Of a DNA stretch of 64,000 nucleotides, positions 1-9,253 are shown piece after piece. The DNA comes from an uncultured Clostridia bacterium (GTDB lineage: Bacteria; Bacillota; Clostridia; TANB77; CAG-508). The translations under genes and the position numbers were made by a program. Every line of letters begins with the position of its first letter. The first letter of the stretch is position 1. Below the pieces are notes generated by a model. That model was given only the letters and a program-made list of their open reading frames with translations, made no database searches and was not told the DNA's origin. The stretch lies in assembly GCA_944391955.1 (NCBI GenBank), contig CALXVG010000001.1:315601-379600 (forward strand), written 5' to 3'.

Positions 1-1
1 T

Positions 2-979
2 GAATGTATAAAGCTTTGTAGATTATATAATAATGGTTATGTTACATTTGTAGAATTGCATAAACTAATAAATTCCACTAATTATTATGAGTCTAAGCTA
101 TCGTATTTAAGGGAACTTTTTCAGTCTGGTAAATTATCTCAAAAAGGTGTTTATGATTTGCATTCAGCAATTAGTTTTTTCGAAAGTGAGTTTAAATCTT
201 TAGATTCTAGGGTTATGTCTATTTTAAAATCTGAGATTTCTCGTATAACAAATACTTTTATATCTGATTATGATATTTTACATACGTTTTCTCCAAAAAG
301 GGAAGAATTAAATTTTACAGGTTTCAAAGAGGTTATTGAAAATGGAAAAATTATTGTTTTAAATATGAATATTGGTACTTACAAAAATCTATCCAAACTT
401 ATTGCAGCTTATTTGAAATTAGATTTTCAGGCTGAAGTATTATCACAGCTATCTAAAAATAAGGCTAAACCTTGTGCTTTTATTTCTGATGAATTTCATG
501 AATATGTTACTTCTACTGATGCAGATTTTTTTGCCCAAAGTAGAGAAGCTAAATGTATTAATATTGTTGCTACTCAAAGTTATACTTCTCTTCTTAACTC
601 TTTAAAAGAGCAGTCTGCTGTTAAAGTTATTGTGCAAAATTTAATTAATAAATTATGGTTTAGAACTGATGATTCATTTACAATAGAAGATATACAAAAA
701 CAAATTGGAAAAGAAGATAAGCAAAAAATTTCTAAAAGCATTTCTGAAAATGCTCAAGAAACAAATTTTAATTATTTTACAAATTCACTTAATTCAAAAA
801 ACTCTAATGTTTCCGAAAGTATTACCACATCTATGAGTTTTGATTATGTATATGATTCAAACTTTTTTACACAGCATTTAGAAACTTTTTCTTGTCTTGC
901 TTTTCTTTCAAATGGTTTTAAAATTATTACTCCCCAGAAAATATTGTTGAAACCATATTTTAGGGATAATAATAAATAA
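2..979 (+). CDS. Conjugative transfer ATPase, C-terminal portion (TraG/TraD/VirD4- or FtsK/HerA-like coupling protein); 5' end lies outside the window
   Basis: ORF is open from the window edge. Walker-B-like 'FISDEFHEY' and a downstream 'IVATQSYTSL' motif are typical of T4SS coupling/AAA-like ATPases. It is followed by small membrane-protein genes, as in Firmicutes conjugation modules. Confidence 0.45.
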   Translation, partial: ECIKLCRLYNNGYVTFVELHKLINSTNYYESKLSYLRELFQSGKLSQKGVYDLHSAISFFESEFKSLDSRVMSILKSEISRITNTFISDYDILHTFSPKREELNFTGFKEVIENGKIIVLNMNIGTYKNLSKLIAAYLKLDFQAEVLSQLSKNKAKPCAFISDEFHEYVTSTDADFFAQSREAKCINIVATQSYTSLLNSLKEQSAVKVIVQNLINKLWFRTDDSFTIEDIQKQIGKEDKQKISKSISENAQETNFNYFTNSLNSKNSNVSESITTSMSFDYVYDSNFFTQHLETFSCLAFLSNGFKIITPQKILLKPYFRDNNK

Positions 980-1002
980 ATTTACTAAGGAGGTTTTTAT
1001 TT

Positions 1003-1341
1003 ATGAAAAAATTATATTATGTTTTTTACATTATTTTTTTAATAATAATTATTATGAATGTTTTATCTATTACAAGTTTTGCTTCTTATCCTAAGCTTGT
1101 AAACACTATAACAAGTGCATTTGATAGAATTAAAACTTGGTTTTTAAGAATTGCTACACCTGCTGCAGCTGTAGCTGTTGGCACTGGTGTTTTTATGAAA
1201 AAGTTTAGCTTTGGTGATGAAGAAAGACTAAGAACTGGTAAAAGACTTATTCGTGGTAGTTTATTCTCATATGCATTTATCTTATGTATTGATTTAATTT
1301 TATCTACAATTAAATTATTAGTTTCTACTGGTGAAGAATAG
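1003..1341 (+). CDS. Small two-TM membrane protein, T4SS-associated (VirB2/TcpD-like?)
   Basis: 112 aa with a hydrophobic N-terminal segment and a second hydrophobic segment near the C-terminus. SD 'AAGGAGG' lies 7 nt upstream. Context is next to the coupling-ATPase gene. Confidence 0.4.
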   Translation: MKKLYYVFYIIFLIIIIMNVLSITSFASYPKLVNTITSAFDRIKTWFLRIATPAAAVAVGTGVFMKKFSFGDEERLRTGKRLIRGSLFSYAFILCIDLILSTIKLLVSTGEE

Positions 1342-1344
1342 GAG

Positions 1345-2235
1345 GTGTTTAGTATTGATTCTATAATTACTAATCAATTAATATCAAGTGTAAATGCTTT
1401 AATTTCAAATTTATTGCAGTCTGTATATTCAAGTATTTCTTCTGTTCTTGATAAATTGGCTTTTGTTGATTCTTCCATTACTACTGATTTAGTAAATATA
1501 ATCGGAACTGATATAACATCTGGAATTTTACTAATATGTAATTCTTTAATCTATGGTTTTATTCTTTATTATGGTATTGAATATTTACTTTCACATCTTA
1601 CATTTAGTCAAGTTGAACATCCCTCTCAATTTATTTTTAAATTATTGCTTTGTGCTCTAGCTATAAATGGTAGTTTGGCTTTTTGCAGTTTTCTCATTGA
1701 AATTATTTCTACTATATCAAATGCAATATTAATGATTGGTAGTAACCTTTTTGGAAAAGAAATTTCATTTATTACATTGTTTAATAACTTAAATCCACAA
1801 AATTATTTTCTTGAAGGATTGTTTAATTTGTTTAGTTTTGATGGATTACTGAAAAGCTTGATTTCCATTAGCTTTATTACTATTACAGTTTCATATGCTA
1901 TAAGATTTGTAATGATTAAAGTCTTTATCTTGATATCTCCTTTTGCTATTCTCTCCCTTTCTAGCAATAAATCCAGTTGGTTTTTTAAATCTTGGCTAAA
2001 AATATTTCTATCTATGTTGTTTTTGCAAGTATTAATTGCTTTGATTTTAATTATATATTTTTCATTAAGTTTAGAAAATAATATTATAATTAAACAATTA
2101 ATTCAATTTGGCATTATTTTTGCTCTTGTAAAAGCTAATTCTTTTATGAAAGAATTTATGGGTGGTTTATCTTCAGATATTAGCTTAGGTAATGTTACTA
2201 TGTTTCGCATGTTTAAAGGAGGTAGTTTTAAATGA
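1345..2235 (+). CDS. Polytopic membrane protein (VirB6/TrbL-like conjugal channel component?)
   Basis: 296 aa with at least 6 predicted TM helices. SD 'AGGAGGTG' is present and the start overlaps the stop of the upstream ORF, suggesting translational coupling. Confidence 0.4.
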   Translation: MFSIDSIITNQLISSVNALISNLLQSVYSSISSVLDKLAFVDSSITTDLVNIIGTDITSGILLICNSLIYGFILYYGIEYLLSHLTFSQVEHPSQFIFKLLLCALAINGSLAFCSFLIEIISTISNAILMIGSNLFGKEISFITLFNNLNPQNYFLEGLFNLFSFDGLLKSLISISFITITVSYAIRFVMIKVFILISPFAILSLSSNKSSWFFKSWLKIFLSMLFLQVLIALILIIYFSLSLENNIIIKQLIQFGIIFALVKANSFMKEFMGGLSSDISLGNVTMFRMFKGGSFK

Positions 2236-2516
2236 AATTTATAATTCCCCAGAATTACAATTTTAAAAATAAGTTGTTTGGTTTTATGGATTATTCAACT
2301 GCTGTTTTTAATGTTACTTGGATGTTATTTGTTTTCTTTTTACTAAATTTATTTACTTTTTCTATTAATCTTAAAATCTGTATTTTCATCACTTTATATT
2401 TCCCACTTTTTTTATTTAGTGTTTTTGGATTTCATAATGAAAATATTATTTATGTACTTTTTTATATGTTTAAATTTATTAAGAATAGAAGGGTGTATTT
2501 TTTCAATAAAGATTGA
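2232..2516 (+). CDS. Small membrane protein (TcpE-like?)
   Basis: 94 aa with two hydrophobic helices. A 4-nt overlap with the upstream ORF and an 'AAGGAGG' SD are present. Confidence 0.3.
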   Translation: MKFIIPQNYNFKNKLFGFMDYSTAVFNVTWMLFVFFLLNLFTFSINLKICIFITLYFPLFLFSVFGFHNENIIYVLFYMFKFIKNRRVYFFNKD

Positions 2517-2573
2517 CAAATTGCAGTTTTAAAGATAAAATTATGTATATCAATTTTAAAGGAGATTTTGTAA

Positions 2574-3686
2574 ATGTGGGGAGACATAGCAATTGCTTTT
2601 TTATTAGCATTTATAACAGCTTATGTTATTACACCTTATACAATTAGGTTTGCTAGAAAAGTGGGTGCAGTAGATATTCCAAAAGAAACTAGAAAGATAC
2701 ATAAAAAGCCTATGCCCAGACTTGGTGGACTAGCTATTATTGCAGGCTTTGCCGTTTCTGTTATTTATCTTTTGATTATGATGTCTATTGAAAATACTAT
2801 AGATTTAAATGATTCTAATCAATATTATATTAAATTATTAGGTTTGTTTGGAGGAGCAATAGTTTTAACTGCATTTTGTATTTTTGATGATATAAAAGGA
2901 ATTAATCCTTTTGTTAAATTGTTAGGTCAAACTTTAGCTGCCATTATTGTTTCTTCTGCTGGTATAAGAATAGATAGAATAATCTTTTCTTCATTCCTAA
3001 ATACTGTTATAACAGAAGAAATTTTTGCAATAATTATTACAGTTATTTGGATTGTTGGTATTACAAATGCAATTAATTTAATAGATGGCTTAGATGGCTT
3101 ATCTAGTGGAATTTCACTTATTTCATGTATATCATTATTAATGATTTTTGCATTAAATGGTTCACCTATGATTTCTATTATTTTAGTTACAGCTCTTGCA
3201 GGTGCTATACTTGGATTTTTACCATTTAATTTTACTCCTGCTAAAACATTTTTAGGTGATACTGGTTCAAATTTTCTTGGTTATACTTTGTCCATAATTG
3301 CTATTTTAGGAGTTGCTAAAACATATACGGCTATTGTTTTGATTGCACCTTTAATTGTTTTTGCTTTACCACTATTAGATACTGGTTTAGCTATTTTAAG
3401 AAGATTAGTTAAAACAAAATCTGTTAAAGGAATATTTAAGGCAGATAAAGAACATCTGCACCATAAGATAATGAAAAAAGGATATACCCAAAAGCAAGCT
3501 GTTCTAATTTTATATGCTTTTAGTGCTACTTTTGGTATGTTTGCAATAATTCTTTTAGAAAGTGGTTTTTGGAAATCTGTATCTTTTGCTTTAATGGTAT
3601 TTGCTATAGCTGCTATTGGTTATAAGGATTTCTTTAAAAAGGTAGATGATACTATTCCAGAAGAAACTGCAAAAAAAACTAAATAA
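2574..3686 (+). CDS. tagO: Undecaprenyl-phosphate GlcNAc-1-phosphate transferase (TagO/WecA, MraY-like GT4 family)
   Basis: 370-aa polytopic protein with MraY/WecA family motifs (PRLGGLAI, NAINLIDGLDGL, FLGDTGS). SD 'AAGGAG' is present. Confidence 0.9.
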   Translation: MWGDIAIAFLLAFITAYVITPYTIRFARKVGAVDIPKETRKIHKKPMPRLGGLAIIAGFAVSVIYLLIMMSIENTIDLNDSNQYYIKLLGLFGGAIVLTAFCIFDDIKGINPFVKLLGQTLAAIIVSSAGIRIDRIIFSSFLNTVITEEIFAIIITVIWIVGITNAINLIDGLDGLSSGISLISCISLLMIFALNGSPMISIILVTALAGAILGFLPFNFTPAKTFLGDTGSNFLGYTLSIIAILGVAKTYTAIVLIAPLIVFALPLLDTGLAILRRLVKTKSVKGIFKADKEHLHHKIMKKGYTQKQAVLILYAFSATFGMFAIILLESGFWKSVSFALMVFAIAAIGYKDFFKKVDDTIPEETAKKTK

Positions 3687-3720
3687 GAAAAAAATCTTCC
3701 TGAAAATCAGGAAGGTTTTT

Positions 3721-4152
3721 TTATTTTGTTTTCTCTTTTTTAAATACGAATACTTTACTTATTATGTAGTTTCCAACAATTACTAATATTTGTGCTATAA
3801 TTTTCATTATTTTGTCATTAAATTTTAATACTGTTACTCCTAAGTACATTACAAACATATCTAATAATAGTGTTGTTATTCTTGAGCCAACAAATTTTGT
3901 TGCTTCTTTTATTTTATTTGGATTTTTACTTTCAAATACAAACTTTCTATTAGTAAAATATGCAAACGTTACTCCTGCAATCCATGATAAAATATTTGCT
4001 ATTTGTAATTGTATTGGTATTTCAGGATTTAAAAACGTCAGTACACATATATAGTATACAATCAAGGATATAAATGTTGTTAATCCCCCAACTATTAGAT
4101 AATTTATTATTTCTTTATACTTCAAATATAGTTCTTTTATCTTATTTATCAT
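3721..4152 (-). CDS. GtrA family polysaccharide-synthesis membrane protein (GtcA-like flippase)
   Basis: 143 aa with 4 TM helices and the typical GtrA signature 'YLIVGGLTTFISLIVYYI...NRKFVF'. Confidence 0.8.
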   Translation of the reverse strand: MINKIKELYLKYKEIINYLIVGGLTTFISLIVYYICVLTFLNPEIPIQLQIANILSWIAGVTFAYFTNRKFVFESKNPNKIKEATKFVGSRITTLLLDMFVMYLGVTVLKFNDKIMKIIAQILVIVGNYIISKVFVFKKEKTK

Positions 4153-4174
4153 TTTGTTTATATCCCCTTTTTAG

Positions 4175-5113
4175 TTATTTTTCTATGTTTATTGTTTTAT
4201 CTATTATATATTGTGGTCTTTGTTTGCTTTCATCATATATTCTTCCAATATATTCTGAAAGTATCCAAACAGATAGTAGTTGTATACCTGCAAAAAATGT
4301 TATAGCTACCATCAAAGAGGTCCATCCTGGGGTTAGAGTTCCCCAATCAAATGCAAATGAAAGTAGTGCATATATTAAAATTATGAATGATATGAATATT
4401 GATAAAATACCTAATCCGCCTAATAGTTTTAGTGGCTTAGTTGAAAATCCTATTATTCCATCTGCTGCTAATTTTAACATTTTCTTTAGTGGATATTTTG
4501 TTTTTCCTGCAAAACGTTCTTTTCTTTCATATTTGAATGCATATTGTTTATATCCTACCCAACTAAATAGTCCTCTTAAAAATTTATTATGTTCTGGCAT
4601 TGAATTTATTGTGTCTACAACTTTTCTATCTACTAATCTAAAGTCTCCTGTGTTTTTAGGAATTTCTACATCTGATAGTGCATTTAATGTTTTATAAAAC
4701 ATACTTGCTGTAAATAATTTGAATTTTGATTCTCCTTCACGAGATTTTCTTTCACCATATATTACTTCATTTCCTTCTTCCCAAAGTTTTAGCATATCTG
4801 GTATTAATTCTGGTGGATCTTGAAGGTCTGCATCTATTATAAGTATTACGTCTCCTGTTACATATTGAAGTCCTGCTGTTACTGCTGCTTGATGTCCAAA
4901 GTTTCTTGAAAAAGAAAGTATTTTCACTTTTTGATTATTTTTTGCTATTTCTGATAATAATTCTAATGTTTTGTCTTTACTTCCATCATTTACAAAAATA
5001 ATTTCATAATCATATCCGTTTAAATTTGTTAATACTTTTTCTAATCTGTTATAACATTCATTTACTACTTCTTCCTCATAATACATAGGTATTACAATAG
5101 ATAATTTTTTCAT
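4175..5113 (-). CDS. GT2 polyprenyl-phosphate glycosyltransferase (GtrB/CsbB/ArnC-like)
   Basis: N-terminal 'LSIVIPMYYEEE...NDGSKD...DADLQDPPE' GT2 DxD region plus two C-terminal TM helices. Confidence 0.85.
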   Translation of the reverse strand: MKKLSIVIPMYYEEEVVNECYNRLEKVLTNLNGYDYEIIFVNDGSKDKTLELLSEIAKNNQKVKILSFSRNFGHQAAVTAGLQYVTGDVILIIDADLQDPPELIPDMLKLWEEGNEVIYGERKSREGESKFKLFTASMFYKTLNALSDVEIPKNTGDFRLVDRKVVDTINSMPEHNKFLRGLFSWVGYKQYAFKYERKERFAGKTKYPLKKMLKLAADGIIGFSTKPLKLLGGLGILSIFISFIILIYALLSFAFDWGTLTPGWTSLMVAITFFAGIQLLSVWILSEYIGRIYDESKQRPQYIIDKTINIEK

Positions 5114-5132
5114 AATTTCTTCCTCCTATTTA

Positions 5133-6032
5133 TTATTTTCTATTATATGGCACTGCATATTCTATTGCTTTGTTTATATTATTTATTTCTACCTCTTTTG
5201 TTTTTTCTATTCCTTCTCCATCTAAGGTCCATTTTACTTCTGTTTTAAAATGGATTTTGATATTTTTTACTTGTGAGTATATAAAATATGGTTTAATATA
5301 TTTTTTTCTTAACATTAGAATTAATATTTTGAAAAATTGTATTACATTTTTAGGTTTTCTTATTAATACCATCTCTAATTTACCATCATCTAACTTAAAA
5401 TCCACTTTTTTATACCATCTGAATCCTCCGATAGATTCTGAATTACTGATTCCACCATATAAAAATTTTCCACTTTCTTTTTTTCCATCATACTCTATTT
5501 CAGCTTCATAGGATTTCATTTTGAATAAATACTTTATTGCTACTCCAAAATATGCTAATTTACCAAAAATATTTTTTAATTTTTGTGGTGTTTCATAGGC
5601 TACTTCTGTAAATGCTCCAAATGCTGCAATATAATTAAAGTACCTTTTATTAAATATGCCAATATCTACTTTAACTGTTTTTAATTCTTTCTCTTTCTTT
5701 ATTGAAAATAACTGTCTTTTTGATATATTTAATGTTTTTGAGAAATCATTCATTGTACCTAATGGTACAAAAGTTAATTTTGTTTTTATGTTTAATTCAA
5801 TCATAATGCTAATAGTTTCATTTAAGGTTCCATCTCCACCACAGCACACTATTAAATCCGCTTCTTCCAAATATTTATGTGCTTTTTCTAGTATTGAAAC
5901 ATCTTTTTCTGTGTATATTGTATTTATTTTATAATTTAATTTTTCAAAATTATGTATTAGCTTATTTATTTTTTTTTCTACGTTTCCTTTTCCTGAATTT
6001 GGATTAATTATCAGTAATAAATTTTTTTTCAT
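5133..6032 (-). CDS. Diacylglycerol kinase family lipid kinase (DgkB/YegS-like)
   Basis: 'LLIINPNSGKG...CCGGDGTLNE...VPLGTMNDF' DAGK catalytic-domain motifs; 299 aa. Confidence 0.8.
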   Translation of the reverse strand: MKKNLLLIINPNSGKGNVEKKINKLIHNFEKLNYKINTIYTEKDVSILEKAHKYLEEADLIVCCGGDGTLNETISIMIELNIKTKLTFVPLGTMNDFSKTLNISKRQLFSIKKEKELKTVKVDIGIFNKRYFNYIAAFGAFTEVAYETPQKLKNIFGKLAYFGVAIKYLFKMKSYEAEIEYDGKKESGKFLYGGISNSESIGGFRWYKKVDFKLDDGKLEMVLIRKPKNVIQFFKILILMLRKKYIKPYFIYSQVKNIKIHFKTEVKWTLDGEGIEKTKEVEINNINKAIEYAVPYNRK

Positions 6033-6059
6033 TATTTCCTCTTTACTTTTATTTACTAC

Positions 6060-7628
6060 TTATCTTATATTATTTTTCATTTGTGTCTCCCTTATTAGCT
6101 CATAGTCTTCCCCTAATAGTGCTTCATTATAAAATGTTGATTTTTTTCTGATTTCATTATTTACATATTCATAACCCAATTCCTCAATAAGAGTTTGTTT
6201 TCCTGAGAATAGGTTTGTTCCTAATCCTAATCTTTCTCCTTCAATTTGAACTCCAATACTTGCAAGTATTGTTGGGAACATGTCTATTGTTGAGAATTGT
6301 CTATTAGTTGTATTTGTTCCTTCAATTGCAGAATTGATAATAACATTATATACTGTTCTTTCATAATCTTCTTCTATATGTGCTTTGTAAAATTCACTTT
6401 GCATTCCTAGATGGTCCCCAACAATTACTATTGTGGTATTATCATAAAAATCTTGTTCTTGTACCCATTTTACAAAATCACTTATTAGTTTTGATGAATA
6501 TGCATGTACATTTTCATATTGTGTGTCAAATTTATTTTCTGCGTATTGACTTAAATATCCATCTACAAAATGTGTATCCACTGTATGTATGATTATATTG
6601 AAAGGTTCTTCTTGATTTGATAAATCTGTTATTTCTTCTCTGGCCCAAGCAAATAATTTATCATCTTCAAATCCCCACCATACTTTGTCTTCTATTGTCA
6701 TTCTTCCTGTGTCTATGGCATAGTTTAAATCAAAAATTTTATAATTTCCATTTGTTCTAAAATATTGTGCTCTTCCACCATATTCTCCTTCAGAGCCCAT
6801 CATTATTTCTAAGTTATATCCTTGTTCTTCTAATATATCTCCTAATGTATATGCATTATCTAAAAATCTACCTGTGCCTGAGTAATTACCACTATCATTA
6901 TTTACAGTAGCAGGCGTTACTAATGGAATTCCTGCTGTGTGTGCTACTAGACCACCTGATGTGAATGCGGTTCCATAAAGTGTTCGTGCTCCCCCTAGCT
7001 TTTCTGTATTAGAAAAGTTTATATTTTCTAATTGCAATTGTTCTAGTTCTGGAATGATAGAGTATTCCCAACCTCCACCATTTTCTCTAGAACAAAGTGT
7101 TGTTTCTAAGCTTTCTACTGATATAATTATTAAATTTCTTTTTTGTTCTGGGAAAGTTATATTTACACTGTCTCCAGCCACATAATATTCTTCATATATT
7201 TTTGTTTCTTGCAAGTTATACATTATATATGCATCTACTTTAAATCCTTTTATTGTAGTTATTAATGCTATTATGAAAATAATTGTTACAAATAATACTT
7301 TATGGTTTGATATTGTTTTGATTGGATATATTTGTATTTTAGCTTTTTTATCTTTAAATTTTAGATTTAAATATACATTGTTTTTTAAATTTCCAATCAT
7401 AAGTACACATAATATTATAAATAAAATTATTACTGGTATAATATTAGCTGATATAATTGCTTTAGTTACATCTGGTGCTGTATTTTCTGCTCCATTCAAT
7501 AAATAATATAATATTTGGTCAAAATCTTGATCTGCATATTCTCTAGCATAATAAATAGTCCCCATTATCATTACTGAAGATAATAATAAAACTAATATTA
7601 TAATAATTGTACTAATCTTCTTTTTCAT
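6060..7628 (-). CDS. LTA synthase family protein (sulfatase / phosphoglycerol transferase, LtaS-like)
   Basis: N-terminal TM helices followed by an extracytoplasmic alkaline-phosphatase/sulfatase-like domain (…ISVESLE…, VGDHL). It sits next to the DAG kinase gene. Confidence 0.7.
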   Translation of the reverse strand: MKKKISTIIIILVLLLSSVMIMGTIYYAREYADQDFDQILYYLLNGAENTAPDVTKAIISANIIPVIILFIILCVLMIGNLKNNVYLNLKFKDKKAKIQIYPIKTISNHKVLFVTIIFIIALITTIKGFKVDAYIMYNLQETKIYEEYYVAGDSVNITFPEQKRNLIIISVESLETTLCSRENGGGWEYSIIPELEQLQLENINFSNTEKLGGARTLYGTAFTSGGLVAHTAGIPLVTPATVNNDSGNYSGTGRFLDNAYTLGDILEEQGYNLEIMMGSEGEYGGRAQYFRTNGNYKIFDLNYAIDTGRMTIEDKVWWGFEDDKLFAWAREEITDLSNQEEPFNIIIHTVDTHFVDGYLSQYAENKFDTQYENVHAYSSKLISDFVKWVQEQDFYDNTTIVIVGDHLGMQSEFYKAHIEEDYERTVYNVIINSAIEGTNTTNRQFSTIDMFPTILASIGVQIEGERLGLGTNLFSGKQTLIEELGYEYVNNEIRKKSTFYNEALLGEDYELIRETQMKNNIR

Positions 7629-7950
7629 TTTTTGGTTCCACCTTTACTTCAATATTTATGTTTGCTCTCACATATTTTTCTAGTACTGGATATATTATTG
7701 CAATTATTGTTGCTATAATCATATATTTAACTGTAAATTTATTTGTAAATATAAATTCTGGTTCTTTTAACATATATATTGCTATTAAGTACATAGATAG
7801 ATTAATAATAAATATTGCTTTCAAATATTTCTTTATTATTTTTTGTACTCTTATTTCTTCTCCTTCTAATTTTTCATATATTTTTAATGTTATTACTCCT
7901 GGTAATAATAAAGCCATCAATTGATTAATCAACATTTTTACACCGCCCAT
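7612..7950 (-). CDS. Small hypothetical membrane protein
   Basis: 112-aa ORF with 3 hydrophobic helices. Its 3' end overlaps the start of the LtaS-like gene. Confidence 0.3.
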   Translation of the reverse strand: MGGVKMLINQLMALLLPGVITLKIYEKLEGEEIRVQKIIKKYLKAIFIINLSMYLIAIYMLKEPEFIFTNKFTVKYMIIATIIAIIYPVLEKYVRANINIEVKVEPKNEKED

Positions 7951-7957
7951 ATTGCAT

Positions 7958-9067
7958 TTATTTTGAATATTTTTTTATTATTTCATTTACTATTCTTTGG
8001 CTTGCTTTACCATCTCCATATGGATTTGAAGCTTTGCTCATTTTTTCATATGTTTCTTTATTATCTAATAGCTCGGTTGTTAATTTATATATTGTGTCTT
8101 CATTTGTTCCAGCAAGTTTTAAAGTACCTGCTTCTATTCCTTCTGGTCTTTCTGTTGTATCTCTTAATACTAGAACCGGTTTTCCTAATGATGGTGCTTC
8201 CTCTTGTATTCCACCACTATCTGTAAGGATTATATGTGATTTATTTATAAAATTATGGAAATCTATTACTTCTAGAGGTTCAATTAATTTTATTCTATCA
8301 TCATTTCCTAAAATTTCATCTGCAACATCTTTAACTTTTGGATTTAGATGAACTGGATATACAACTCTTACATCTTCATGTTCATCTACTACCCTTTTTA
8401 TTGCTTTAAACATATGTCTCATTGGTTCTCCTAGGTTTTCTCTTCTATGTGCTGTTAGTAATATTAATCTGTTATTTCCTATCCAATCAAAAATAGGATG
8501 TTTATAATCTTTTTTTACTGTTGTTGCTAATGCATCAATCGCAGTATTTCCAGTAACATATATATTTTCTTCTTTTTTTCCTTCTTTTAATAAACTTTTT
8601 TTACTATTTGCTGTAGGAGCAAAATGCATGTCCGCTACTACTCCTACCATTTGTCTATTCATTTCTTCTGGGAATGGAGAATATTTATTCCATGTTCTTA
8701 GTCCTGCTTCAACATGTCCAACATCTACTTGATTATAAAATGCTGCAAGTGCTCCAGCAAATGTTGTTGTTGTATCTCCATGAACTAATATAATATTTGG
8801 TTTGACGGTTTTTATAACCCCTTCTAACCCTAATAATGCTTTGGTTGTAATATCACTTAATGTTTGTCCTTGACTCATGATGTTTAAATCATAATCTGGT
8901 TCTATATTAAATGCTTCCAATACTTGGTCTAACATTTGTCTATGTTGTGCTGTTACACAAACAATACACTCAATTTCATTTCTTGATTTTAATTCTTTTA
9001 CTAGTGGAGCCATTTTTATCGCTTCTGGCCTTGTACCAAAAATTGTCATTACTTTTATTTTTTCCAT
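7958..9067 (-). CDS. mnaA: UDP-N-acetylglucosamine 2-epimerase, non-hydrolysing (MnaA/WecB)
   Basis: 'IFGTRPEAIKMAPL...VHGDTTTT...HVEAGLRT' is a strong match to the WecB family. Confidence 0.9.
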   Translation of the reverse strand: MEKIKVMTIFGTRPEAIKMAPLVKELKSRNEIECIVCVTAQHRQMLDQVLEAFNIEPDYDLNIMSQGQTLSDITTKALLGLEGVIKTVKPNIILVHGDTTTTFAGALAAFYNQVDVGHVEAGLRTWNKYSPFPEEMNRQMVGVVADMHFAPTANSKKSLLKEGKKEENIYVTGNTAIDALATTVKKDYKHPIFDWIGNNRLILLTAHRRENLGEPMRHMFKAIKRVVDEHEDVRVVYPVHLNPKVKDVADEILGNDDRIKLIEPLEVIDFHNFINKSHIILTDSGGIQEEAPSLGKPVLVLRDTTERPEGIEAGTLKLAGTNEDTIYKLTTELLDNKETYEKMSKASNPYGDGKASQRIVNEIIKKYSK

Positions 9068-9188
9068 ATTATTCTCCTATTCATGTAAATTTCACAATAC
9101 TTATAATAACATATTTTGGGGTAAATAATCAAATTTTAGGGGATATTTTCATAAATAAATTTTATGTTTTATCTTAATATAATTGTAA

Positions 9189-9217
9189 TTGACAAATGCA
9201 TATTTTAAATATACAAT
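9189..9217 (+). promoter_or_regulatory. SigmaA-type promoter (TTGACA-17-TACAAT) upstream of the Wzy_C-like gene
   Basis: TTGACA at 9189-9194, a 17-nt spacer and TACAAT at 9212-9217, about 35 nt upstream of the 9254 start. Confidence 0.4.
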
Positions 9218-9253
9218 ACTATTATTAAAATATACTAAAATTTCGGTGATTTT

